Source of the DNA: an uncultured Candidatus Saccharibacteria bacterium
GTDB lineage: Bacteria; Patescibacteriota; Dojkabacteria; SC72; JAFGCJ01
Length of the DNA stretch: 64,000 bases
Assembly: GCA_964481345.1 (NCBI GenBank)
Contig: CAYZTC010000003.1
Span: forward strand, 6,653 to 70,652
Reading direction: 5' to 3'
A program made the translations under genes and the position numbers. Below the pieces are notes generated by a model. That model had not been told where the DNA came from. It was given only the letters and a program-made list of their open reading frames with translations, and searched no databases. Shown here piece after piece: positions 47,920-57,432 of this stretch (position 1 is its first letter; the number at the start of each line of letters is the position of its first letter).

Positions 47920-48852
47920 TTACAGTGTAGGTACTATCTTCTCCACCTCTCTTGAGTTGCTTACTTTTACTAGTTTAACTCTCAATTCCTTTGAATTTGG
48001 TATTCCCTTACAGTACCAGGCTAAATGTTTGCGGATTGATACGAAGCCTTTTTTACCGTAAAATTCTTCGGCGAGTTTTGCGTGCTTTATGATCATATTG
48101 AACTTATCCTTGGTTGTTGGAGTGTATTCCTTTTTAAACACCCAGGGATTTCCTCTTGCGGCCTGGCCTATTAATACTCCATCTAATTTATATTTTTTGC
48201 ATATCTGTTGTGCCTGCTCAATAGATTTGATTCCTCCATTCCCTAACAAAGGAATATCTTTTTGATGTGCAATTTCAGCAGCTAATTGGATTTCTTCCCA
48301 ATTAATATCGCCAGAATGGACTTGTTTTAACAGTCTTCCATGAACTGCTATACAAGCTAGTTTAAACTGACAGAGAAACTCCATCCATTCTTTTGTGACA
48401 GGTTTATCGATCCCGATTCTAGTTTTAACTGACAATGGAATGTTATGCTTTTGTGTTATTTCTAAACAACTTAAGATTATTTTTTCAGTTAATTTATAAT
48501 TTCCAATTAATCCTGCTCCTCCTCCACCATGTGTAACGTTTCTAGCTGGACATCCCATATTTATGTCGATACCGTCAAACTTATGTTGTAAAACAAGATC
48601 AACGGCTGTTTTGAAGTCTTCGGTTGTATGTCCAAATAGTTGAACTACAATAGGACGTTCTTTTTCGGAGTATTTTAGTTTTTGTTTAAACTTTCCAGGA
48701 ACTCTTGAGAACCCTTCTACGCTAATGAACTCTGTATACATAACATCAGGCTTAGAAATTTCTGATTGAATTTCTCGCATTGGATAGTCTGTAATCCCAT
48801 CCATGGGAGCAAGACCTACTATTGGCTTCTTAAGTTTTTTCCAGAAGTTCAT
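47920..48852 (-). CDS. tRNA-dihydrouridine synthase
   Basis: LAPMDGIT, DINMGCP, SVKTRIG, VHGR, GNPW. Confidence 0.93.
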   Translation of the reverse strand: MNFWKKLKKPIVGLAPMDGITDYPMREIQSEISKPDVMYTEFISVEGFSRVPGKFKQKLKYSEKERPIVVQLFGHTTEDFKTAVDLVLQHKFDGIDINMGCPARNVTHGGGGAGLIGNYKLTEKIILSCLEITQKHNIPLSVKTRIGIDKPVTKEWMEFLCQFKLACIAVHGRLLKQVHSGDINWEEIQLAAEIAHQKDIPLLGNGGIKSIEQAQQICKKYKLDGVLIGQAARGNPWVFKKEYTPTTKDKFNMIIKHAKLAEEFYGKKGFVSIRKHLAWYCKGIPNSKELRVKLVKVSNSREVEKIVPTL

Positions 48853-48889
48853 ACCGTGATTGTATCTTAATTAAGTTTTTCTATAAAAT

Positions 48890-49168
48890 ATGAGTATGAA
48901 ACAAATTCATATTATAGTTAGTGGGGATGTTCAGGGTGTTTCATTTAGGATAAGAACGTGCCGATTTGGGAAGAAGAACAGTTTGAATGGAAGAGTCTGG
49001 AACAATCCTGATGGTACTGTTGAAATTTTCGCACAAGGGGAAAAAGATGATCTAATTAAACTACTAGAATGGTCGAAAACTGGTGAGGGGTCTGCTTGTG
49101 TTACAAAAGTTCAATATGATTGGGAAGATCCAGAAGAGCTCTATGATGATTTTTTGATTTTACGATAG
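48890..49168 (+). CDS. acyP: acylphosphatase
   Basis: GDVQGVSFR, GRVWNNPDGTVE. Confidence 0.92.
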   Translation: MSMKQIHIIVSGDVQGVSFRIRTCRFGKKNSLNGRVWNNPDGTVEIFAQGEKDDLIKLLEWSKTGEGSACVTKVQYDWEDPEELYDDFLILR

Positions 49169-49992
49169 TACTTATATCTTTTTAAGCTTGTAACTAGTAA
49201 AGCTATTATTCCAACACCAATGATAAAATACTTAATAAATGAGCTGGGGATCATCCAAAAAGTTAAGGTTTCTGATTGAAGTTCAGTACTGCCTGAAAGA
49301 ACGTACAATGTAGCCTCATATTTGCCAAACTTTTCCCTTACCCAGGAGACCGTCTCTTTAATATACGATTCAGGAAGTAAGGTTATATCTGCTTTTGAGA
49401 CGGGAATAGTATTTATTCTTGTCTTTTCCTCATTATTTAATAGATTCACTTGATGGAATTCTATATATGATGTGGGAGAAAAATACGTGTTGCCATTATT
49501 GGTAATTGTTAATGAGAAATTTGATGTATTCCCGAACACTACTGAAGATGTTTCATATCGGTCTATTGAGGCAGAGATGTTTCTTTCTTCAGACAGGTCA
49601 ATATAGAGTGGTATTACCTGTTCTGTGACTATTTCAGTTCCATCAGAAGATTCTGTAGAAGATTGACTTAAAATAATTGCAGGGTAGTAAGATGTAGTCT
49701 CGAGTTTTTCCTCTTGGGGGATTTCAAGTTGAACTACCAACTCTTCCGTTTGATTGGCTTCAACAGTTAGTTCCTCCGAGCTAAACCAGCTATCGAATTC
49801 GTCTGTTATTTCGAATTGATTTTGGTTTGTATTTCTCTCCTGGGTAAATTTTCCAAATGAAGGTGATATTCTAATATCCGAGTTGCTTTCATTTTTGATA
49901 TTTACGGTAATAAAATAGATATTACCTTGCTCGATAGATGCTTTAAAGTATGCGGGATAAATAAGAATTCCACCCTCATCAGATTCTTCCAT
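49141..49992 (-). CDS. DUF916/chaperone-like Ig-fold protein with C-terminal TM anchor
   Basis: IYPA, VNIKN, YYPAI, TNNGNTY..P, GKYEATL, FWMIP, TM, basic tail. Confidence 0.7.
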   Translation of the reverse strand: MEESDEGGILIYPAYFKASIEQGNIYFITVNIKNESNSDIRISPSFGKFTQERNTNQNQFEITDEFDSWFSSEELTVEANQTEELVVQLEIPQEEKLETTSYYPAIILSQSSTESSDGTEIVTEQVIPLYIDLSEERNISASIDRYETSSVVFGNTSNFSLTITNNGNTYFSPTSYIEFHQVNLLNNEEKTRINTIPVSKADITLLPESYIKETVSWVREKFGKYEATLYVLSGSTELQSETLTFWMIPSSFIKYFIIGVGIIALLVTSLKRYKYYRKIKKSS

Positions 49993-50011
49993 AATTACCT
50001 ATTTTATCAGT

Positions 50012-51034
50012 TTATTTGAACCTGCGAGCAGAAGCAGTAAATTGTTCCTTTCTCTTTTTTCTTATCCTGTTGATAATAACTATTATTCCTACAATCAGTG
50101 CAATCAGTATAAGCATTAATTTCCATGGTATTACCCAGAAACTGACTTCTTTTTCTACTGTAATCCTTTCCCCATTTACCGTATGTTTAAATTTCATAGT
50201 TGCAGTATATTCTCCGAAAAATAGTCTTGGAAATTTAGACTGATCCATTTTCAAACTTCCGGCCTCATAATACAAAAAGCCATCAGTAAATGACTCAGAA
50301 TATGCTCTAACGTTGCCTGGAAGTGCCATTCCTTGTGCTTCATTGAATACCAACGTGCCCACTGGATTACTAATATCTCCCCTATGAATAAAGATATTGC
50401 CACCGGGAAGCTGATGCACACTACCTGTATTTTCATATCTAATTTGAAAGTTTACAGGCAAAAACTCATATAGAGTTTTATCTGTTGTAAAATCAAGTAC
50501 AGATCCGTTTTGTTCCGCATCCCCTCTTATTGTGAGAAACACTAATGAGACAATATTTTTGCTTACACTTACCGCCTCGCCTGATGTTTCAGGAGTATCT
50601 CCATAAATTAAAGCTACATAATATCCACCAGGATCTGCATCATCTGGAATCTGAATTGTAATGTTGGATTGTTTTGTTTCACCGGAATTAAGGGCATATT
50701 CATCCTCTTCAAACACAACCCATGCAGCCGTGTTGATTATATCTGGCAGGTTTTCGTCAAAAAGATATTCAGGACTACCTGTTTCTCCTGACTGTGTAAA
50801 AGGTTTTGCATCTGGATAAAAAGTGACTGGATCATCTGATTCAAAATTGTGAGTAAGGTTAACGGTAGTTTCGTATAACTGTCCTGGATCTACATCTGTG
50901 ATTATTATTGCTGGATCAATTATTATTCCAAGATATAGTTCATCTTCATCCTGTGCTCTAACGATAAAAGGAAATAATAACGAAACAATTAGGATAGCTG
51001 CTGTTAGGATGAACGTTTTTATTTGTTTTTTCAT
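50012..51034 (-). CDS. DUF916 (WxL-interacting)/chaperone-like protein with signal peptide and C-terminal TM anchor
   Basis: IDPA, IPDDADPGGYY, ENTGSVH..P, GEYTATM, FWVIPWK, TM. Confidence 0.75.
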   Translation of the reverse strand: MKKQIKTFILTAAILIVSLLFPFIVRAQDEDELYLGIIIDPAIIITDVDPGQLYETTVNLTHNFESDDPVTFYPDAKPFTQSGETGSPEYLFDENLPDIINTAAWVVFEEDEYALNSGETKQSNITIQIPDDADPGGYYVALIYGDTPETSGEAVSVSKNIVSLVFLTIRGDAEQNGSVLDFTTDKTLYEFLPVNFQIRYENTGSVHQLPGGNIFIHRGDISNPVGTLVFNEAQGMALPGNVRAYSESFTDGFLYYEAGSLKMDQSKFPRLFFGEYTATMKFKHTVNGERITVEKEVSFWVIPWKLMLILIALIVGIIVIINRIRKKRKEQFTASARRFK

Positions 51035-51055
51035 TAGGACAGTTTATTTAACTAA

Positions 51056-52084
51056 TTAAAAAGATGCAGACACATAATAGGTTGTCGCTTGGGTATAGTT
51101 CCCTGTAAGTGTACCAGCATCCATCGCTGCTCTATGAGTTACCAAAGCAGTATTTACAGTATCTGTCGCGCTTGGAGAATTTGGTCCATCACAGTTGTAC
51201 ATATCTGCTGCTGTCATTGGTATGGGAGTGTCATCATCGTTCCAGTCCCCCATTTCGGTAATAGATCCTCCTGTGCATGCACCACCGTTAAAAGCAATTC
51301 CATATCCCTCTGATCCAGCTGAAACTGTATTTCCTTCAGGTATAGGATCAAGGTCTTCTGAATCTGCTACATTCCCAGATCCTGATCGACGAAGGTCACC
51401 ATCTGAATCAATTTGTACAGTGTATCCGGACGCTGCATTTGTAGCCGGCTTTAATCTATAAGCACAGGTCTTTTCTGTAGTGAGATTTAGAGTACCGAGT
51501 GCACAGGCATTTGTGTCAGAGTTGTCAGCAGAATTTCTAAGTGCAAAGGAAAGAATTGCTATTACATCGGCGGTAACCGCAATATCGTTATCATCGCCTA
51601 CGTATACAAGAGCAGAACCGTAATCATAATCATTTGTATCGTTTATAGAAATCGAATATATTCCCGCACTTGTTGTGTTTGGAAACTTTAGGCACATAGT
51701 CGCGTAGTTCGTAGTTGCCTGGGTTGTTGCTGCGGTAAAAGTATATGTGGCACCTGTTGCAGAGAAACTTCCAAATGAACCGTCACCCGTTGTATCACCA
51801 TCAATGTCTGTTGTTGCTGCGGTACAATCAACAAATGCAGAACCAACATCGCCTGTAACCACAGTAATAGTTTCTGTGTTTGCAAATTCCGTAGCAGAAG
51901 GGTCGTATCTGAATGTAACATCTGTGATAGTGGTTGCCGCGAACTCTGCATTTGCCGGCGAAGTTACTTCTAAGGCAACACCAGCTGCAAAAGTATTAAA
52001 ATGTATTAGAGGCAGTATAAAAAGTGAAAAAATAAGAACCAAAATAATATGCTTCTTATCGAACTTCATCGGCAGGTGCTTCAA
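51056..52084 (-). CDS. secreted Thr-rich pilin/WxL-like protein, paralog B
   Basis: signal peptide; ACALG, TNAASGYTV, GNYTQATTYYVSASF end; start may be ATG 52069. Confidence 0.7.
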   Translation of the reverse strand: MKHLPMKFDKKHIILVLIFSLFILPLIHFNTFAAGVALEVTSPANAEFAATTITDVTFRYDPSATEFANTETITVVTGDVGSAFVDCTAATTDIDGDTTGDGSFGSFSATGATYTFTAATTQATTNYATMCLKFPNTTSAGIYSISINDTNDYDYGSALVYVGDDNDIAVTADVIAILSFALRNSADNSDTNACALGTLNLTTEKTCAYRLKPATNAASGYTVQIDSDGDLRRSGSGNVADSEDLDPIPEGNTVSAGSEGYGIAFNGGACTGGSITEMGDWNDDDTPIPMTAADMYNCDGPNSPSATDTVNTALVTHRAAMDAGTLTGNYTQATTYYVSASF

Positions 52085-52100
52085 ACTTAATTCCTTCTAT

Positions 52101-52129
52101 AATTTATTATGAACTATAGGTAGTGTCAA
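52101..52129 (-). promoter_or_regulatory. internal sigma70 promoter for paralog B and downstream genes
   Basis: TTGACA-17-TAAATT on the minus strand. Confidence 0.55.
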
Positions 52130-52150
52130 GTAATGACTTGCCTTTATACA

Positions 52151-53167
52151 CTAAAATGATGCAGAAACATAGTAAGTTACAGCTTGAGAATAGTTCCCTG
52201 TCTCAGTTTCAGAGTCTATGGCGGCTCTATGTGTTACCAATGCAGTGTTGGTGGTATCGGTGGCAATAGGAGCATTTGGTCCATCAGATGTATATAAATC
52301 TGTGCTTGTCATAGGAATAGGGGTATCGTCATCATTGAAGTCTCCTGACTCTGTGATATTTCCACCAGTCGCAGACCCGCCGTTGAAAGCAATTCCGTAC
52401 CCCTCAGTACCTGCAGATACTGTATTGTTTTCTATGATAAGATCAATATCCAAATCATCTGAGACGTCTCCAGACCCACTGCTCCGAAGGTCACCATCTG
52501 AATCTATTTGTACAGTGTATCCGCTGGATGAGTTAGTGGATGGTTTTAATCTGTATGCACAAGTATCTACTGATGTTGTATCAAGTACACCAAGATTACA
52601 TGCATTTGTATCTGTTGTGTCGGATGAATTTCTTATTGCAAAAGCAAGAATAGGTGTTACTTCGGCGGTAACAGTTACATCGTTGTCATCACCTACATAC
52701 ACTAGTGCAGCACCATAGTCATCATCATTATTATCACTAATAGAAATTGAATAGATTCCAGTAGTTGTTGAGGCAGGGAATTTTAAGCAAAGTGTTGCAT
52801 AATTTGTTGTAGCTTGAGTTGTAGCTTGGGTAAGGGTATATACTGCCCCACCTGTTGAAAAACTTCCGAATGATCCATCCCCGGTAGTATCTCCATCAAT
52901 ATCGGTAGTTGCACTGGAGCAATCGGCCATATCGTTTGGTACTGACGGTGAAATCGTTACAGTAATTGTATCTGCTGATGCAAATTCTGTAGCAGATGGG
53001 TCATATCTAAATGTAACATCTGTTGCAGTAAGTGCAGCAAATTCTGCATTTGCAGGTGATGTTATCTCTACCGCTACTCCAGTAGCATATGTTTTACTGT
53101 TAAATAAATTGAATATTAATAAAATGATAATAACCGAGGTGATTCTTTTAATATTTCTCTTTTTCAT
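52151..53167 (-). CDS. secreted Thr-rich pilin/WxL-like protein, paralog A
   Basis: signal peptide; close paralog of 51056; ends GNYSQAVTYYVSASF. Confidence 0.7.
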   Translation of the reverse strand: MKKRNIKRITSVIIILLIFNLFNSKTYATGVAVEITSPANAEFAALTATDVTFRYDPSATEFASADTITVTISPSVPNDMADCSSATTDIDGDTTGDGSFGSFSTGGAVYTLTQATTQATTNYATLCLKFPASTTTGIYSISISDNNDDDYGAALVYVGDDNDVTVTAEVTPILAFAIRNSSDTTDTNACNLGVLDTTSVDTCAYRLKPSTNSSSGYTVQIDSDGDLRSSGSGDVSDDLDIDLIIENNTVSAGTEGYGIAFNGGSATGGNITESGDFNDDDTPIPMTSTDLYTSDGPNAPIATDTTNTALVTHRAAIDSETETGNYSQAVTYYVSASF

Positions 53168-54360
53168 TAAAATGTTCCAGTAGCACTAAATGTAATTGTA
53201 TCGGTGTAGTCAGTGGCAGAACTAGTGGTGTATGATGCTCTTGCTTTTATCCATATTGCAGACCTTCCTTCATGTACCGGACTTCCAGTACCACCACTAC
53301 AGTTACCCTCAGTCTCTTCAATTGAACATAATATTACAGCAGGACTTGTGCTAATGGCACCTACCTCATCTGCACCTGAAGTGTTATACGTTGTAGATTC
53401 TGTTAAATAACCAGGTTGCCCTGACGCAGGAAGCCTCTTTGTGATATTTATCTTCAGTCCATACCCCTCGTCTTCCGAACCTAGATCTTCTGATTGAGAG
53501 TCTATTGTTTTTCCAGTTTGTGAGCTGTATAGACCATTGTATTGATCCCTTACACTTAATGTAGCCCCACTTAAAGCATTTGTACCCAAGTCTATCCATA
53601 TATAATCTGAGGATGTTGTTACAGAAGTTTTCGCAACTATACCAAGATCGATGCTGTATGGTGCACTTGTAGAGCTCCAAGTGTCCCCAGCGATATTTAA
53701 GTCAAGATATATCTGTGGAACAGTAGTAGAGGCAGTTAGATCAGGGCCAGCTTCACTTTCTGAAAAATCTCCATTTAGGGCTCTTGCTCGGATTTTATAT
53801 TGTGTACCTGGGGTAAGTCCTAGAACATTTTCATCTGCCCATGCACCTGTCTCCCAGCTCGACTCAGTAATGTAGTCATTAATATCTTTTGAGCCAGAAA
53901 TGTTGTGTGTTGTTCCATCGACATACTGTACAGTAGTCCAACTATCGTCCGATATCTCTATTAAATACAGAGTATCGTTAGGATTTCCTTCTGCATTTAT
54001 TTCAAATCTTACCCTATCGTAGCATCCACCATGTCCACATATATTTTCCATGGTTCCATCAGTAGCACTAAAGTATGAAATTGAAGGGGTATTTGTCTCA
54101 AATGTGTATCCAGTTCCTACTTCAAGTTTGTAGTTTGCACTTTCAAAACGTTCATCCATTATTGCAACACCTATAGATTCTCTAAGTAAATAGTTTCCAG
54201 ATGTGGACACTTGGTCATCGTTTCCACCAGCACTTATTGTCGGGTCAATGATTTCATACCCACTGCCAGAGGTCATGTTTTGAGCAAATGTTGGTACTGT
54301 AGAAATCAAGAATACTGTAAAAATAATACAAAAAAAACTTACTACCTTAATTATTTTCAT
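53167..54360 (-). CDS. secreted multidomain protein (FN3-like plus pilin/WxL-like C-terminal domain)
   Basis: signal peptide, GLTPGTQYKIRARA, IDLG, TNALSG, ends DYTDTITFSATGTF. Confidence 0.7.
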   Translation of the reverse strand: MKIIKVVSFFCIIFTVFLISTVPTFAQNMTSGSGYEIIDPTISAGGNDDQVSTSGNYLLRESIGVAIMDERFESANYKLEVGTGYTFETNTPSISYFSATDGTMENICGHGGCYDRVRFEINAEGNPNDTLYLIEISDDSWTTVQYVDGTTHNISGSKDINDYITESSWETGAWADENVLGLTPGTQYKIRARALNGDFSESEAGPDLTASTTVPQIYLDLNIAGDTWSSTSAPYSIDLGIVAKTSVTTSSDYIWIDLGTNALSGATLSVRDQYNGLYSSQTGKTIDSQSEDLGSEDEGYGLKINITKRLPASGQPGYLTESTTYNTSGADEVGAISTSPAVILCSIEETEGNCSGGTGSPVHEGRSAIWIKARASYTTSSATDYTDTITFSATGTF

Positions 54361-54403
54361 ATTAATAGATTACCATAAAAAGGGGGTTCAACCAATATAA
54401 TGA

Positions 54404-55231
54404 TTATTCAGTCAGTTTTAGAAGATTGTCAAATATATATGCTACGGTAAGTGGTCCTATACCTCCTGGTACTGGCGTAAAAAAGGTTGCCTTGTTTTTT
54501 ACAGATGGATCAACGTCTCCATATATCTTGCCATTCTTAACTTCAAACCCTGCATCTATTACTATTGTATTATCTTTAATATCTTCTGGAATAATGAAAT
54601 TTGGCTTTCCAACTCCAGAAATTACTACATCTGAGTTTTTTAATCTTTTTTTAATATTAGGAGATTCTGGATTATAAATTCTAACGGTAGCATTCAGTGA
54701 CTTTAAAACGTTAAAAACAGGCTTTCCAGTCAAAAAACCTTCACCTAAAATTATTATGTTAACAGTCTGAATGTTCTGTTTAGTTATTTTTAATGCATTT
54801 TTCAATGTTTCAACGATCGCTTTTGCTACAGGTGAGTATATTTCAGGTATTTTTGTAAGTAACTCTTTAGCTCTTCTTTTACTTAAGCCTTCTACATCTT
54901 TTTCATAAGGTATTGAGTTTAAAACTTTTATGGTGTCTACTTGTTTGGGTAGTGGAAGTTGAATAAGAATGCCTGTTGTCGTTTTAGCAGCAGTTTTTAT
55001 CAGCTGAACCAGTTCCTCAGTCATTGCGTTTTGTGAATATTCATGAATTTCACACTTTATGCCGAGTGATTTTGCAGTTTTGCTTTTTATTTCAGTAAAT
55101 TTGAGCTGAGTGGGGTCATTTCCTGTACGAATGATTGTTAATATGGGTTTAACTTTTGTTTTGGATATTTTCTGCTTAATCTCATAAAGTATTTGGTCAG
55201 CCTGTTCTTTACCGTTAAATATATATGCCAT
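54404..55231 (-). CDS. folD: methylenetetrahydrofolate dehydrogenase/cyclohydrolase
   Basis: GILIQLPLP, KDVEG, IDAG, TPVPGGIGPLT. Confidence 0.93.
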   Translation of the reverse strand: MAYIFNGKEQADQILYEIKQKISKTKVKPILTIIRTGNDPTQLKFTEIKSKTAKSLGIKCEIHEYSQNAMTEELVQLIKTAAKTTTGILIQLPLPKQVDTIKVLNSIPYEKDVEGLSKRRAKELLTKIPEIYSPVAKAIVETLKNALKITKQNIQTVNIIILGEGFLTGKPVFNVLKSLNATVRIYNPESPNIKKRLKNSDVVISGVGKPNFIIPEDIKDNTIVIDAGFEVKNGKIYGDVDPSVKNKATFFTPVPGGIGPLTVAYIFDNLLKLTE

Positions 55232-55302
55232 TATGTCCGAAGGTTAAATAAACGTTGTAATTGTAGCATATTTTGGCGTTTTTTATGATATAATTCCCTA
55301 GT

Positions 55303-55932
55303 ATGGAGGAGAGAATAAATAAGATATATTCCATACTGCTCCGAGAATATCCAGATGCCCATTGTACTTTAGATATGGTTAGTCCAGGGTTTTTTCTTTT
55401 TGCAAATATATTATCTCCTCAATGTACTGACCGGGTTGCCAACTCTGCAGTTAAAAATCTGTATGAACGCTTTGAGACTGCTGAAAATGTTTCAAAATCA
55501 AATGTAAATGATATTAGAAACATAGTACATCCATGTGGTATGCATAATATAAAATCTGAGAATATTAAAAAATCGGCTCAATTACTTCTCCAAAAATACG
55601 ATGGAAAGCTACCTGACTCAATGGATGGACTTACGGAGTTTCCTGGTATTGGTAGAAAGACTGCTCTAGTTATACTTCATGAGATATTTAGAAAGAATGA
55701 GGGGATTGTTGTAGACACACACAATATTAGGATTTCTAACAGAATTGGGGCATCATCCAGCACTGACCCAGTGGAAGTGGAAGAAGATCTTATGAAAGTG
55801 GTACCAAAAGATAAATGGAGAATGTGGTCCCATCTTATGGTTGCTCACGGAAGAGCTAAGTGTGTAGCACAAAACCCAAAATGCCCCCAATGCCCCATTA
55901 AAGATTTATGTGAGTATGGATTAAATTTGTAG
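55303..55932 (+). CDS. nth: endonuclease III
   Basis: LSPQCTD, PGIGRKTA, VDTH, Cx6Cx2Cx5C. Confidence 0.93.
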   Translation: MEERINKIYSILLREYPDAHCTLDMVSPGFFLFANILSPQCTDRVANSAVKNLYERFETAENVSKSNVNDIRNIVHPCGMHNIKSENIKKSAQLLLQKYDGKLPDSMDGLTEFPGIGRKTALVILHEIFRKNEGIVVDTHNIRISNRIGASSSTDPVEVEEDLMKVVPKDKWRMWSHLMVAHGRAKCVAQNPKCPQCPIKDLCEYGLNL

Positions 55933-55941
55933 CCTGTTAAT

Positions 55942-56433
55942 ATGGGTGAGTCTGCTGAAGGATTATCTGTTAGGGTTGATGTTGTGGATCTTAAGGTAGC
56001 TAAAAAGATCAATTCTCTTCTCGAAACTGATGATAGCCATTTAGAATTAGCTCGTTTCTGTAACCGTAATTATGATTATGCAGTAACTTATATCGGACAA
56101 TTAGTTGTTTGGAACCGGCTTGAAGATGCATACAAAGTATCATCTATATTATTGAATATGGGTGATACTTCTTTATATATTAATGAGAATTCCCTATGTA
56201 AGTTGTCAAATAATGTTACTGAGTCATACAAACGATATGGTGTTACAGATATTGGCATTCCATATAAACTGGTTGCAAAAACATTGGAGATTTTAATTTG
56301 TGCGGAAAATGGATGGGATATAAAAAGGGATTTACCTGAAGATGGAAAAATCCTATTAGGTAGTACAATGCAAAAATTAAATAAGCATTTTCTTAATAGG
56401 ATGTTTACCCCAACAGATAAATCTCGAATATAA
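55942..56433 (+). CDS. hypothetical protein
   Basis: 163-aa ORF, 9 nt after nth. Confidence 0.6.
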   Translation: MGESAEGLSVRVDVVDLKVAKKINSLLETDDSHLELARFCNRNYDYAVTYIGQLVVWNRLEDAYKVSSILLNMGDTSLYINENSLCKLSNNVTESYKRYGVTDIGIPYKLVAKTLEILICAENGWDIKRDLPEDGKILLGSTMQKLNKHFLNRMFTPTDKSRI

Positions 56434-56436
56434 CAA

Positions 56437-57357
56437 ATGCTACCAAATACTGAGCAATTAAAGACTGAAATTCAAGATCAAGCATCAGCTTTGGCTGAGG
56501 AAGTAAAGAGTGATTCAAAACAAAAGGATTGTGCAAATATTCTTTATCAGTATATTAATGGGAATCAGATAAATAAGAATGTTGAAAATTTGTTTGTTTC
56601 GACCTTTTATTCCAGTTTGTATCCTGACCTATATGACAGTTTTTTCTTTGAGGATGTATTAAATTCATATGCAGATTATGTTGAAAATCAGGGAAATAAA
56701 TATAGACTGAAAAATGTTAAGTTTGTTACGCTGTATGAGAATGTGTATCGAGACATTGACTTAATTTGTGGTTTTGCAGGACACATCTTTCCATTTGATG
56801 ATATAAGATATTTCAAAGAAAAATTTACTGTTATTAACAGAATATTCAATGGTATCTGTCAGCCTTATTTTGATTTAATCGATAATTTGAACTCCGGAAA
56901 GGCTGAGGCTTTTCTACCTCAATCTGTAATAGAAAACCTTCCTAAGATAAGAAGAAGTAAAGATTTGGGTGTAATAAGAGTTATTGAGGCCGAGAATATC
57001 GATGATAATATGCTTGAACCAATAAATGAGTTATGTACCAACTATCCGGCTTATTCAGTACGTGTGCTTGCTCACCTTTTGTTTTTAGATAGAGATGATG
57101 ATGCGAAAAATTTTGCATCATCAATTACATGGACTAAGAGTCATGTTGACACTTGGGATATTCCTCAAATTCTTAAGACACATTATATGAAAACTAGAAA
57201 GGCCTATCTTCCATCACTGAGATTTTTGAATGATATTTTCAGAATAATAAAGAGTGCTAACAATAATCCTGAAATAATACATTTCTTTGATAAATCAAAG
57301 GATGAGTCAGTAGAAAGATTCAATCGACTTGTTACTAATAGTGGATTTGTTCAGTAA
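56437..57357 (+). CDS. hypothetical protein
   Basis: 306-aa ORF. Confidence 0.65.
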   Translation: MLPNTEQLKTEIQDQASALAEEVKSDSKQKDCANILYQYINGNQINKNVENLFVSTFYSSLYPDLYDSFFFEDVLNSYADYVENQGNKYRLKNVKFVTLYENVYRDIDLICGFAGHIFPFDDIRYFKEKFTVINRIFNGICQPYFDLIDNLNSGKAEAFLPQSVIENLPKIRRSKDLGVIRVIEAENIDDNMLEPINELCTNYPAYSVRVLAHLLFLDRDDDAKNFASSITWTKSHVDTWDIPQILKTHYMKTRKAYLPSLRFLNDIFRIIKSANNNPEIIHFFDKSKDESVERFNRLVTNSGFVQ

Positions 57358-57360
57358 TGC

Positions 57361-57430
57361 TTGACAGTGTTTCTCTTCGACGCTATAATTAATTCGGTTA
57401 ATGTTCGGCTAATATGTTATTATACTTCGG
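57361..57430 (+). promoter_or_regulatory. consensus promoter plus candidate LexA box TTCGG-N6-TTCGG
   Basis: TTGACA-17-TATAAT (57361-57389); TTCGG at 57393, 57404, 57426. Confidence 0.75.
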
Positions 57431-57432
57431 CT

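Noticed and set aside
51056-53167. Diversity-generating retroelement TR/VR pair
   Set aside because: Similarity spans whole genes, differences are not adenine-specific, and there is no reverse transcriptase
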